Of a stretch of 64,000 nucleotides of DNA, positions 32,642 to 43,255 are shown piece by piece. The first letter of the stretch is position 1. The number at the start of each line of letters is the position of its first letter. The notes under the pieces were generated by a model, which saw nothing but the letters and a program-made list of their open reading frames with translations, made no database searches and was not told where the DNA came from. The position numbers and the translations under genes were made by a program. The DNA is from an uncultured Chloroflexia bacterium. GTDB taxonomy: Bacteria; Chloroflexota; Anaerolineae; CG2-30-64-16. The DNA lies in contig CAVZDU010000001.1 in the NCBI GenBank assembly GCA_963774265.1, positions 224,001 to 288,000 on the forward strand, in the 5' to 3' direction.

Positions 32642-33400
32642 ATGGACCTCCAGGATGTTCCGATCTGGGCTTTCGTTCTTGTCGGTTTCGTGGCTCAAAT
32701 GATCGACGGCGCATTAGGCATGGCCTATGGGGTCAGCTCAACCACCATCCTCAACAGCCTGGGCGTGCCCCAGAAATTCGCCAGCGCGGCCGTTCACGCA
32801 TCAGAAGTGGTGACCACCGGCATCTCGGGGCTTTCGCACTGGCGCATGGGCAACGTCCACTTCGACCTGGCCCGCAAGCTGGTGATCCCGGGCGTGCTGG
32901 GCGGCGTCATCGGCGCGTATCTGCTCAGCAATCTCGACACGCCCTGGCTCAAACCCATCGTGTCGGTCTACCTGGCGGTCATGGGCCTGATCGTCATCTA
33001 CCGGGCCTTCAGGTCGACGTCCCCCCGGCATGTGCGCTCGTGGCTGATGCCCCTCGGCTTCGTGGGCGGCTTCATGGACGCGCTGGGCGGCGGCGGCTGG
33101 GGCCCCGTCGTGACCTCGACGCTGATGGCCCGGGGCAACGAACCCCGTTTCACCGTCGGCTCGGTCAACATCACCGAGTTCTTCATCACGACCGCCCAGT
33201 CGGTGACCTTCTTCCTGGCCCTGGGCAGCGGCGAGCTCTTGAAGTATGGGAACATCATCCTGGGCCTGTTGATCGGCGGCGCGATTGCAGCGCCCCTGGC
33301 GGCCTTTGCGACCAGGCGCCTGCCGCGCAAGCCCTTCATGCTGCTGGTCGGCGCCCTGATCGTGTTTCTGAACGTCCGCACGCTGATCATGACATTCTAG
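32642..33400 (+). CDS. Sulfite exporter TauE/SafE family membrane protein
   Basis: [23 protein letters not shown]. Confidence 0.88.
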   Translation: MDLQDVPIWAFVLVGFVAQMIDGALGMAYGVSSTTILNSLGVPQKFASAAVHASEVVTTGISGLSHWRMGNVHFDLARKLVIPGVLGGVIGAYLLSNLDTPWLKPIVSVYLAVMGLIVIYRAFRSTSPRHVRSWLMPLGFVGGFMDALGGGGWGPVVTSTLMARGNEPRFTVGSVNITEFFITTAQSVTFFLALGSGELLKYGNIILGLLIGGAIAAPLAAFATRRLPRKPFMLLVGALIVFLNVRTLIMTF

Positions 33401-33414
33401 CACCGGGAGGCATC

Positions 33415-34291
33415 GTGAAAGGCATCATTCTCGCAGGCGGAGCCGGGACGCGGCTGTACCCGTTGACGATCGCGGTCAGCAAGCAGATGCTGCCGGTGTA
33501 CGACAAGCCGATGATCTACTACCCGCTGTCCATGCTGATGCTGGCGGGGATCCGGGAGATCCTGGTGATCAGCTCGCCGGACGCGCTGCCCGTGTTCCGC
33601 ACGCTGCTGGGCAGCGGCAGCCAGTGGGGGCTGCGCTTCGCGTATGTCGAGCAGCCGACCCCGCGCGGCCTGGCGGATGCGTTCATCGTCGGCCGCGAGT
33701 TCGTCGCGGGCGGGCCGGCGTGCCTGATCCTGGGCGACAACATCTTCTACGGCCAGGGGCTGCCGGCCAAGCTGCGCGCGGCCAGCCAGTTGACCGAAGG
33801 CGCGCTGGTGTTTGCGTACCCGGTCACGCGACCCGGAGCGGTACGGCGTGGTCGAGTTCGACGCGACCGGCCGGGCGATCAGCATCGAAGAGAAGCCCAA
33901 GGCGCCCAGGTCGCACTTTGCGGTGCCGGGCCTCTACTTCTACGACGAGCAGGTCAGCGACATTGCGGCCAACCTCAAGCCCTCGCCGCGCGGCGAGATC
34001 GAGATCACCGACGTGAACCGGAAGTACCTGGCGCAGGGCCAGTTGCGCGTCGAGCCGATGGGCCGCGGCGTCGCCTGGCTGGACGCTGGCACGCACGAGT
34101 CGCTCCTCCAGGCCGCCGGGTTCGTCCAGGCCGTGCAGGAGCGGCAGGGCATGATGATCTCGTGTCCCGAGGAGATCGCCTACCGGATGGGGAACATCGA
34201 CCGCGCCGAGCTGCTGCGCCAGGGACAGTTGATGAAGGCGAACGATTACGGGCAGTACCTGATCCGGTTGGCGGAAACAGGATTGGGTTGA
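33415..34291 (+). CDS. rfbA: Glucose-1-phosphate thymidylyltransferase (frameshift near 33826)
   Basis: [40 protein letters not shown]. Confidence 0.95.
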
Positions 34292-34325
34292 GGGGAGCTT
34301 GGCTGCGTGATGGGCTGGTAGACGA

Positions 34326-34760
34326 ATGATCGAAGAACCGAGACATCAGATCGGGCAAGGGGAGCGGGAGAGCATTTCGCAGGTGCTGCAGGATGCATTG
34401 GCTGCGCGCCCCGATGTTTTGTTCGCGTATCTCTTTGGCTCATTCGCCGACGCGGACCGATCGGTGCATGACATTGACGTGGGCGTACTCTTTACGGGAG
34501 AAGCTCCTGCCAGTGCTCATGCAGCACTCGTACTCGGTGATCAGCTCCAGCGGCTGCTCCGTCAGCGCGGCCATCGTATCCCGGTCGACGTGCGACCCTT
34601 GAACCTTGCGCCGCTTGGATTTCGATTTCAGGTGTATCGGGGCCAACTCCTGGTGAGCCGCGATGAGGGGTTGCTGGTGCACGAAGTGGCGACGACAGCG
34701 GCGCGCTGATCTGGATATCTTGCCGTTACAACGACAGGCGCTAAAGGAGGCAATGCTGGC
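34326..34760 (+). CDS. MNT (MntA-like) minimal nucleotidyltransferase antitoxin
   Basis: AYLFGSF...[14 protein letters not shown]; tail [16 protein letters not shown] continues after an indel near 34708; end approximate. Confidence 0.8.
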
Positions 34761-34883
34761 ATGGGCAGATACCCGTTGATCCACGCGTATTGGGACGTCG
34801 ACTACGGGCAAGTGTATGACCTCCTCCAAGGTCCGACAGATGACCTGCGGCAGTTCGTACAGGCCATTGCGCGCTTACTATGA
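34761..34883 (+). pseudogene. HepT/DUF86 HEPN toxin C-terminal remnant
   Basis: Hand translation MGRYPLIHAYWDVDYGQVYDLLQGPTDDLRQFVQAIARLL (40 aa). Confidence 0.75.
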
Positions 34884-34926
34884 GAGCCCCACAAACCTGA
34901 AGCACTTGCCACACTGTGAAGATGCA

Positions 34927-37900
34927 ATGTCCGGTTTGGACCGGACGCATTTGGAGACGGCCGTGACGCACACGGGTTCCACGGCCTTCCTGCAGCAGGC
35001 CCATCGCAACAACTGGGAACAGTACCTCGCGGCGCTCAACCCGGCCGCTCCCGCCGCGCGGCGCGGCTGGGATCTCATCCTCCTGACCGCGAGCGACGAG
35101 GGGCAGGCGGCCATGGTCCGCCAGCAGCTCGACTGGCGACGGGACGCGGGCCTGCTCCCGGCCGGCGCCAGGTTCGCGGTCGTGCCCGACCCCGGCGGCC
35201 AGCGCATCGGCTCGGGCCGCGCGACCTTGGCAGCGCTGGCCCAGGCGCGGGATGCCCAGCGCACCCTCATCATCCACTCCGGCGGCGATTCCAAACGCCT
35301 CCCCCACTGTTCCGCGTCCGGCAAGCTCTTCGCACGCGTGCCCCGCACCCTGCCCGATGGCCGGGCCTCCACCGTCTTCGACGAGTTCCTGATCAGCCTT
35401 GCGGGCCTGGCCGGCCTGCTGCCCCCTGGCGCATTGGTGGCCTCGGGCGACGTGCTCCTGGTGTTCGACCACCTGCAGCTGACGTTTGCCCGGCCGGGCG
35501 TCGTGGGCGTGGCCGCGGCCACGCCCATCGAAATGGGCCTCCGGCACGGCGTTTACGTGACCGACACGCGCGGCCATCGCGTGCGGGCGTATCTGCACAA
35601 GCCCGGCAGGGGCGAGCTGGCACGCTGGGATGCCATCCAGGATGATACGGTGCAGCTCGACACGGGGTTGGTGTGGTTCGACAGCCCCACCATCGAGCGG
35701 CTGCTGCACCTGGCCGAGGCGCCCGAGCTCGCGGCCGCAGGGCTGAACCTCTACGGCGACCTGCTGCTGCCGCTCTCCGCATCCACGGACTACGACGCGT
35801 ATCTCGCGGACACCAGCGACGGGCCGGCCACGCCCAGCCTCCGGGCCGCGCGGCGGGTCATCTGGGACCAGCTCCGGGGCACGCCGTTTACTGTGGAGCG
35901 CCTGCAGCCGGCCGTGTTCGTCCATTTCGGCACCTCTGCAGAGTATTGGCGGATGACCGCGGGTGATCCGGCGCTGGCCGAGCTGTGCGGCTGGGAACGC
36001 CAGGTGGCTTCGTACGCGCCCGGCATCTCGTGCGATGGGCCATTGGTCCTGATCAACGCCGCGGTCGAGGCGCCATGTGCGCCCGGACCGGCCCCCCTGC
36101 TCGTCACCGACAGCCGGCTCACGGCCGAGTTGCGCTGGGAGGGGGCCGGGATCATCGCAGGCGTGCATTCAGCGCAGCCCATCAGCCTTCCCCCGGATGT
36201 CGTCCTGGACCAGCTGCCGCTAACGGACGGTTTTGCGACGCGGCTTTTCGGCCTCCGCGATGACCCCAAGGCCGGCCCCGCTGACCCGCGCGGGACGTTC
36301 CTCAACCGGCCCTGGGCCGAGTGGCTGGCGGCCGCGGGCATCGCGCCCCAGACCCTGTGGCCCGAGACGCCCTGGCCCGGCATCGACCCACCGGCCGCGA
36401 CGCTGTGGAACGCGCGGCTGTTCCCGGTCCATGCCGATCGAGAGGTGAGCCTGGCCCTGACGCTGCCACTGTTGGATCCCGCGGCTGCGCCCGCCGGGTG
36501 GCGCGGCGAGTGGGAGGGGGCGGTGCGCACCTCCCTGGGCGAGAGCTACGCGGGGTCGGACCGGGCGGCGCTGCTGGCCCTGACGACCGGGCTGGAAGAA
36601 CACGTGGCCAGCCGGCGGTTCCTCGCGGGGGTGACCGCGGAGCGGCCGGCTGCGGAGGCGGCCCCGTTGCTGGGCCGCAAGAGCTTGCTGGGGGGCAGCG
36701 CCGGCCGGGCCGCGCGCCTGCTCGGCGAGGCAGACCCCCTGCTGCGGCTGCGCGGCTACATTGCGCTGGGCCAGGCCACCCACGAAGCAGCCTGGACCGA
36801 CCGGGCATTCGAAACGTTGGCCGCCATGATCGCGCCTGTCGCGGCGGCCGGACTGGCCGCCACGACAGGTGTAGGCACGCCGGCCCTGGCGTCCACTGCC
36901 CGGCGGCAGCCGCGGTGGCAGCCGCGCCAGCGTGCTGGCGCCCCCCAGGTCTACCGGGTGGCCGCGGCCGCGCGCATCGACCTGGGCGGCGGCTGGACAG
37001 ACACGCCGCCCCACAGCATCGAGCGCGGGGGGACCGTGCTCAATGCGGCCCTCACCCTGAACGGGGTGCATCCGATTTTCGCGGAGACGGCCCTGCTGGC
37101 CGAGCCGCGGCTGGTGCTCGAAAGCTGCGACCTCGATACAAAGATCGAGCCCAGGACCGCGGGCGAGGTATTGCGCTACGCGGACCCGTCCGACCCGTTC
37201 GCATTGCACAAGGCCAGCCTCGTGCTGAGCGGGATCGTGCCCGCGGACTCGGACCCTGCTGCACCTATCGCGGAAATCCTTGCGGCGCTGGGCGGCGGGG
37301 TGCGGCTCACCACGGGCGCCAGCATCCCGCGCGGCTCGGGCCTCGGCACGAGCTCCATCCTGGCCGGGGCCGTCCTGGCCAGCCTGGACCAGATGTCGGC
37401 CGGCGCGGGGGGACGCGAGGCGGGGCCACGACAAGCGTGGGCGCCCGACATCCCGCGGCTCTTCGACGAGGTGCTGTGTCTCGAGCAGATGCTGACCACC
37501 GGCGGCGGCTGGCAGGACCAGGCGGGCGGGTTGACCGGGGGCATCAAGCTGGTGACCACGCGGCCCGGCCTGCCCCAGCGCCTCCAGGTGGCGCCGGTGG
37601 CGCTGTCGGAACGCACCCGCGGCGAGATGGGCAGACGGCTGCTGCTGGTATACACCGGGCAGCAGCGCCTGGCGAAGGACCTGCTGCGGCACGTCATGGC
37701 GCGGTGGATGGGCCGCGATCCCGAGATGGTCTGGATCCTGAAGGAGATCGCGCGGCTGGCGGTCGCCATGCGCGACGCCCTGCTCGCGGGCGACGTCGAC
37801 GGGTTCGGCCGGCTGCTGGGCGAGCATTGGGAGATCAACAAGCGCATGGACCCGGGGTGCACCAATCCCTTCATCGACGGGCTGTTCGAGACCATGCGGC

Positions 37901-38088
37901 CGTGCATCCATGGGGGGAAGCTGGCCGGCGCGGGGGGCGGCGGATTTGCCTTCGTCATCGGCAAGGGCAGCGATTGCATGGATGCCTTGTCCGCGGCCCT
38001 GGCGCGGCGCTATCCGGGGACGCGCGTGGGGGTGTGGCGGTGCGCGATTCCGGAGGATGGGCTGCAGGTCCATGAGGTCACGGCCTGA
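34927..38088 (+). CDS. fkp: Bifunctional L-fucokinase/GDP-L-fucose pyrophosphorylase (Fkp-like)
   Basis: IIHSGGDSKRLP, GKLF, FVHFGT; GHMP motifs RIDLGGGWTDTPP, PRGSGLGTSS, GGGWQDQ, GAGGGGF. Confidence 0.88.
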   Translation: MSGLDRTHLETAVTHTGSTAFLQQAHRNNWEQYLAALNPAAPAARRGWDLILLTASDEGQAAMVRQQLDWRRDAGLLPAGARFAVVPDPGGQRIGSGRATLAALAQARDAQRTLIIHSGGDSKRLPHCSASGKLFARVPRTLPDGRASTVFDEFLISLAGLAGLLPPGALVASGDVLLVFDHLQLTFARPGVVGVAAATPIEMGLRHGVYVTDTRGHRVRAYLHKPGRGELARWDAIQDDTVQLDTGLVWFDSPTIERLLHLAEAPELAAAGLNLYGDLLLPLSASTDYDAYLADTSDGPATPSLRAARRVIWDQLRGTPFTVERLQPAVFVHFGTSAEYWRMTAGDPALAELCGWERQVASYAPGISCDGPLVLINAAVEAPCAPGPAPLLVTDSRLTAELRWEGAGIIAGVHSAQPISLPPDVVLDQLPLTDGFATRLFGLRDDPKAGPADPRGTFLNRPWAEWLAAAGIAPQTLWPETPWPGIDPPAATLWNARLFPVHADREVSLALTLPLLDPAAAPAGWRGEWEGAVRTSLGESYAGSDRAALLALTTGLEEHVASRRFLAGVTAERPAAEAAPLLGRKSLLGGSAGRAARLLGEADPLLRLRGYIALGQATHEAAWTDRAFETLAAMIAPVAAAGLAATTGVGTPALASTARRQPRWQPRQRAGAPQVYRVAAAARIDLGGGWTDTPPHSIERGGTVLNAALTLNGVHPIFAETALLAEPRLVLESCDLDTKIEPRTAGEVLRYADPSDPFALHKASLVLSGIVPADSDPAAPIAEILAALGGGVRLTTGASIPRGSGLGTSSILAGAVLASLDQMSAGAGGREAGPRQAWAPDIPRLFDEVLCLEQMLTTGGGWQDQAGGLTGGIKLVTTRPGLPQRLQVAPVALSERTRGEMGRRLLLVYTGQQRLAKDLLRHVMARWMGRDPEMVWILKEIARLAVAMRDALLAGDVDGFGRLLGEHWEINKRMDPGCTNPFIDGLFETMRPCIHGGKLAGAGGGGFAFVIGKGSDCMDALSAALARRYPGTRVGVWRCAIPEDGLQVHEVTA

Positions 38089-38091
38089 CTG
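37617..38091 (+). repeat. Direct repeat copy A (3' end of fkp)
   Basis: Near-identical to 39518-39992 at constant offset 1901. Confidence 0.92.
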
Positions 38092-38135
38092 GTGGTGGGG
38101 ATCCGATCTCGAGAATGCCCCAATCTGGAGGAAGC

Positions 38136-39446
38136 ATGGAAGACGAGACTGATCTGCGCATCTACATAAGTGTATTGATGCGACATTGGCGCTTGATTGT
38201 GGCGGCAACACTGCTGGCCGGCGTAGTGGCGCTGACGGTGAGTCTCCTTATTCCCGCCAAGTATGAGGCGACGTCGGTTGTGCTGGTGACTCGCCCGTTT
38301 TATCAGTTCCAGTTTTCGTCCGAGATCCAGAACCTGTCTGCGCAAGGGTCGCTCAACGGGAAAGCAGCGTTGGACCTGGCAAGCAGCGACGCCGTATTGC
38401 AGCAACTTCTGCTGGAGGTAAGTGATGATCTACCGGCCGATCAAGCGCGAATTGTTTCAATTTCGAAAAATGCTCGAAGTCAAAGCTGGCGGTGATTCGT
38501 CCATCATCCGCCTGGGTGTGACGGGTCGCGATGCCGCAGCTAGTCACGCAGGTCGCCAATACTTGGGCCAGTCTTTATGTGGGATACGCCAATGACTTGT
38601 ATGGCAAGTCGGATGACCAGATGAGCTTTTTTGAAGGACAACTGGCGCAAGCCAAGACCGACCTGGACGACGGCGGATCAAGCTCTCATCGAATTCAACA
38701 AGCGGAGTGACCTGCCCATTCTCCAGGCTCAGTCGTCCGCAAAGCAAAGCGCGCTCGGCGAGTACCTGGGGCTGAATGAGTCTTTGCTCTTACTGCAACA
38801 GAATGTAAAAGACCTGCAGGCTCAACTCGCTCGTCGCCCGGCCGATTCGCCCTCCAATTTGGGCGATGATCTTGCCCAAATGATGCTTCAGGTTAACGCT
38901 CTCAGCACGCAAGCAAGAAGTCTGCCGATCCTGTTGCAGATGCCCAGTGCGGGCAGCCTGTCGGATAGCACGGTGGGTGAACAAGCTGCCTATCTGGCCG
39001 ACCTTGCCAAGACGGTCGAATCCAAACAGGCCGATGTCAAGAAGCAGGCCGAGGCGCTGCCGGTAGAAATCAAGACCTTGCAGGGACAGATACAAGAGAC
39101 GAGCACCGAAGCGGCAAGGCTGACGCGCGAGCGCGACCTGAGCGTGGGTGTATACACAACCCTGGCGCAAAAAGTAAAAGAGACCCAGATTTCGGCGCAA
39201 GATGATGCCGCGGGGAGCGTGAGGTTGGCGGGCGCTGCGGTGACGCCGGATCGGCGGATGAGCAGGAATCTGTTGCGGAATACGGTTCTTGGTCTGATAT
39301 TGGGGTTGATGGCGATCGTGGGAGTAGTGTTTGCCATGGAGTATTTCCAGCAACCGGTAGAAATGCCGGCTGACCTACGGCCTGAGCACGCCATCATAGA
39401 AGAATCGCTTGACCACCGAGCGCAAGTGAAGGAAGCACGAGGGTAG
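38136..39446 (+). CDS. wzz: Wzz/GumC polysaccharide co-polymerase (frameshifted in this assembly)
   Basis: DLRIYISVLMRHWRLIV TM, PAKYEATS, coiled coil, C-terminal TM. Confidence 0.82.
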
Positions 39447-39449
39447 GCA

Positions 39450-39989
39450 GTGCACGGGAGGCAGGGCATGATGATCTCGTGCCTCGAGGAAGTCGCGTAC
39501 CGGGCGGGGAACATCGACCGCGCGAAGCTGAGCAGGCGGCTGATGCCGGTGTACACCGGGCAGCAGCGCCTGGCCAAGGACCTGCTGCGGCACGTCATGG
39601 CGCGGTGGATGGCGCGCGATCCCGAGATGGTCTGGATCCTGGAGGAGATCGCGCGGCTGGCGGTCGCGATGCGCGACGCCCTGCTCGCGGGCGACGTCGA
39701 CGGGTTCGGCCGGCTGCTGGGCGAGCATTGGGAGATCAACAAGCGCATGGACCCGGGGTGCACCAATCCCTTCATCGACGGGCTGTTCGAGACCATGCGG
39801 CCGTGCATCCACGGGGGGAAGCTGGCCGGCGCGGGGGGCGGCGGGTTCGCCTTCGTCATCGGCAAGGGCGGCGATTGCATGGATGCCCTGTCCGCCGCCC
39901 TGGCGCGGCGCTACCCGGGGACGCGCGTGGGGGTGTGGCGGTGCGCGATTCCGGAGGATGGGCTGCAGGTTGATATGGGTATGGCCTGA
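39450..39989 (+). pseudogene. Chimeric rfbA'-'fkp ORF (contains direct repeat copy B)
   Basis: [22 protein letters not shown] matches the rfbA tail (34133-34213); the remainder matches the fkp C-terminus. Confidence 0.88.
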
Positions 39990-40352
39990 CTGAAGGGATT
40001 CGTGGCGTCGTGGCCGCGGTTGTGGGGGAAGCGCGTCAACCTCTAATGGGTCAGAGGATGGTAGGCCTGCACTCGCGCATCTTCAGCGCCTCGCGGATCC
40101 ACTCTCCAGGATGGCGCGCGGCGCTCGCTACGTGATGGGATCACGGAGACGTGGCCGTGAGTGGATGAGCAGGTGACTGAAAGCGTGGGCGAAGAAGTAA
40201 GCCGTGAGACGAGCCTTCGCTGAACACAAATCCTGGGACCACCAGAGCAGCAACCCACAAGCCATCACCTCAGCGCCCTATTGTCGCATGGCTGGGCTGC
40301 GCGCTTTTGTGGGGTTTAGAGTGATGCTCTCCAAACGATAGTCTACACAAGA

Positions 40353-41897
40353 ATGGCTAAGGGTCTCAAACGGTTCAGTCTGGCTGCGCTGGCTCTGTTC
40401 TTTTTGTCGGGCTTCACACAAGGTTCGGCACTCTTCAACCGCGGAATGATGAACGTAGGATTAGTCTATTTGGCAGACGCCATTTCTTGTGATTCTGGGA
40501 TGAGTGAACTCGCTCGGGCGCGCAGTTTGCTGGGATCAGTAGAACGGCGATCACCTTCGGCCCTCACCCGTCTTCACCTAGCCACGGCTCAATTTTTGTG
40601 GGGCGACAGGCAATCGGCACTCTCGCTGTTATCACAGGCTAAGAGCTATCCTCTCGGTCGGAGTCCTCTCGTGTCGGAGGACCGGTTCGAGTACTACTTG
40701 ATCCAAGCTAGAACACATATGCGATCGGGGACCTGGCCAAGCGCCATCGAAGACTTCCACAAAGCTATGGTGCTAGAGCCAGATCGAATTCTGCCGGTTG
40801 ATGATCATGAGCTATACATAGCACTGGCCGAGCAGCAAAAGCAAATTGCCGCGGCAAATCCTTCGGACCCACGAACTAAGCTTCTGCTGGGCAAGTACCT
40901 GATGCAAGTCGAGGCGTGGACTGAGGGACTTGACTTGATACAGAATGCGCTCATTGATGACAATGCGGGTCAGCTCTCTATCACTGAACTTGCCACAGCC
41001 GAGGTATACCAAGCACGAGCACTCCGAGCGACAGGGGATATGGCCGGCGCTCAGGCAGCTCTCAAGCAGGCAATCTCCCTTTCTCCCAACTTCCGCCAGT
41101 CCTACATAGACCTCCTCGACCTCCTACAGGAGACCGAAAGCGGCAGCAACACCCAGGATGTCGAACGGCGACTTGCAGCCTTGGGACCAACGTTTCGTTT
41201 AGGCCAGTTCGGATCGGCTTATGTTCTGGATGAGCCGACAGTTTTGCCAAATGGTTGGAAGCTAATTGGCTATGAGGTGGATGAGCAGCTTCTCGAGTGG
41301 GCAACAGCGGTGGACCTGGTCCTGTGGTGGCAGGCTCCCGCAACCGCGCAGCCCGGAAAGGACTTCCTCCGTGTCGACGGTTACTGGCTGCAACGTCAAA
41401 CAGTTCGCAACCTCTTCCCCAACTCAGGGTTTGAATGGGGAGTAGACGAACGAGGCGTCCCACTTGGCCATGATCGTGAGTACTACGCAGCACCCAAGGG
41501 TAGTCTGGGTGTAGAGACGTCGGAACGAAACGGTGTGCCGACGCAAGTACTATGGGCCCAAAACAGCGCGCAGGTGCAATATGTAGCGTTAATTAGTACA
41601 TCTTTTGTCGTTGACGCGAATGCCTACTACCTGATGGCGGGTTGGCTGCGAGATGAGGATCAGTTGGCTAGAATCGGCCGTCTTTGTGTTGAGCAACGAC
41701 TTGGGCCCGACCTAATCTATTATATCGCGTCTCCAGAAGGCGGCCGTCCTACCGACGATTGGCTCCACGTCGCCAACCTGGCGTCTGCGATCCCGGGCGG
41801 ATCACCCATATACTGCGAGACGTTCGTGAGCAACAACAACTCACGCGGCAAGTCCTCTTGGGACAACGTGTTACTGGCGCGTCTACCTGTTCCATGA
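40353..41897 (+). CDS. Exported TPR-repeat protein with C-terminal carbohydrate-binding-like domain
   Basis: Signal-like N-terminus, TPR-like helices, NLFPNSGFE. Confidence 0.6.
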   Translation: MAKGLKRFSLAALALFFLSGFTQGSALFNRGMMNVGLVYLADAISCDSGMSELARARSLLGSVERRSPSALTRLHLATAQFLWGDRQSALSLLSQAKSYPLGRSPLVSEDRFEYYLIQARTHMRSGTWPSAIEDFHKAMVLEPDRILPVDDHELYIALAEQQKQIAAANPSDPRTKLLLGKYLMQVEAWTEGLDLIQNALIDDNAGQLSITELATAEVYQARALRATGDMAGAQAALKQAISLSPNFRQSYIDLLDLLQETESGSNTQDVERRLAALGPTFRLGQFGSAYVLDEPTVLPNGWKLIGYEVDEQLLEWATAVDLVLWWQAPATAQPGKDFLRVDGYWLQRQTVRNLFPNSGFEWGVDERGVPLGHDREYYAAPKGSLGVETSERNGVPTQVLWAQNSAQVQYVALISTSFVVDANAYYLMAGWLRDEDQLARIGRLCVEQRLGPDLIYYIASPEGGRPTDDWLHVANLASAIPGGSPIYCETFVSNNNSRGKSSWDNVLLARLPVP

Positions 41898-43255
41898 GAA
41901 TGTTCGCGCGTTTTCGAGGCCTCTGGCGGCGCGGCCAGGGTATCACCTCCTTCGGCGGACAAGTCGCTCTGACGGTTGGCACCAACTTCGGTTTGGCAGC
42001 GCTTGGTCTAGTCACGGGCAGTTTGGTGGCTCGACTGTTGGGACCCGAAGGTCGCGGTGAGTTGGCGGCGATCCAAACCTGGGCTGCTTTTCTTGCCCTT
42101 TTAGCGTCCTTGGGGTTGCCCGATGCGGTTGTGTATTTCACAGGTCGTACTCCCGCCAAGGGTGCTACGTACCTGACCTCGGCAATAGTGGCGATGCTCC
42201 TGAGCGCAGTACCGTTCGCGCTGGCGGGTTACTTGTTGATGCCGGTCCTGCTGAAGGCGCAGTCCGCAGCGATCATCGCAACCGCGAAAGGATATCTCGT
42301 GGCGTTCGTTTTCCTCAATGCGACCGCGGGCATGCTGCTTCATCCTCTGAGAGGGCGGAACAATTTCGCAGTTTGGAACCTGTTACGTATCCTTCCCATC
42401 GCGGCGTGGATGGCTGTTCTCATCGCCGCCTGGTGGACCGAGCGAACGACGCCGACCGCTATCGCAGCCGGCTACCTAATCTCGCTGGCGGTAGTGGGCT
42501 TGGTCACGTTCTATGTGCTCAAACATCGTGTGCCCGGCCCCTATGCGCTCAAGCCGGAGCTCTGGCTCTCCATGCTGCATTATGGCCTGCCCTCCGGCTT
42601 CAGCGCGTTACCTCAAACGTTGAACCTGCGACTGGACCAGATGCTGATGGCAGCTTTTCTGCCCGCATCGCTTCTGGGCTACTATTCAGTCGCTGTTGCG
42701 TGGAGCGTGGCCGTCTCACCGATGATGCAGGGGATCGGCGCCGTGCTGTTCCCGCGGGTGGCAATTCAGGTTTCCGCGGCCGAACAGGTTGAGACGCTGG
42801 GACGCGGTACTCGTCTCGGTGTTGCGGCCGCCGTTATTCTGAGCGCTGCGTTGCTCCTGGTCACGCCGATAGGAATTCGGTGGGCCTTTGGCTATGCGTA
42901 TAGCCCAGCTATCTCCGCTTCTTTGATCCTGGTGGTAGCAGGTGGGGTGTCAGGGGTTAATCTCATCTTGGAGGAAGGCCTGCGGGGCCTAGGCTACACC
43001 CGGGCTATCCTCTGGGGTGAGAGCATCGGCCTAGTCGCGACAGTTATCGGGCTTGCTTTATTGTTGCGGCCGCTCTTGATCAACGGCGCAGCGATTGCAT
43101 CCTTGCTTGGTTACAGCATGACTCTCGTTGCCCTGATGGTTTGCTTTGGGCGGCTGACCCGGCATCCATGGCCATTCTTTCTACGCCCCGGAGTCGCTGA
43201 TTTGCGTGTTGCCCACACGCGCATCAAGGCGTTTCTTGAGAAAGGTAGTCACTAA
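41894..43255 (+). CDS. wzx: Oligosaccharide flippase
   Basis: ARLLGPEGRG, RLDQMLM, LGYYSVA, GAAIAS; many TMs. Confidence 0.88.
   Translation: MRMFARFRGLWRRGQGITSFGGQVALTVGTNFGLAALGLVTGSLVARLLGPEGRGELAAIQTWAAFLALLASLGLPDAVVYFTGRTPAKGATYLTSAIVAMLLSAVPFALAGYLLMPVLLKAQSAAIIATAKGYLVAFVFLNATAGMLLHPLRGRNNFAVWNLLRILPIAAWMAVLIAAWWTERTTPTAIAAGYLISLAVVGLVTFYVLKHRVPGPYALKPELWLSMLHYGLPSGFSALPQTLNLRLDQMLMAAFLPASLLGYYSVAVAWSVAVSPMMQGIGAVLFPRVAIQVSAAEQVETLGRGTRLGVAAAVILSAALLLVTPIGIRWAFGYAYSPAISASLILVVAGGVSGVNLILEEGLRGLGYTRAILWGESIGLVATVIGLALLLRPLLINGAAIASLLGYSMTLVALMVCFGRLTRHPWPFFLRPGVADLRVAHTRIKAFLEKGSH

Noticed and set aside
36220-38211. Long antisense and alternative-frame ORFs here and across the window
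   Set aside because: Shadow ORFs typical of high-GC coding DNA, with no motifs
39993-40352. Possible peptide precursor or structured RNA (CCCACAA...TTGTGGG stem)
   Set aside because: No convincing ORF with a leader motif; pairing is not beyond chance by eye
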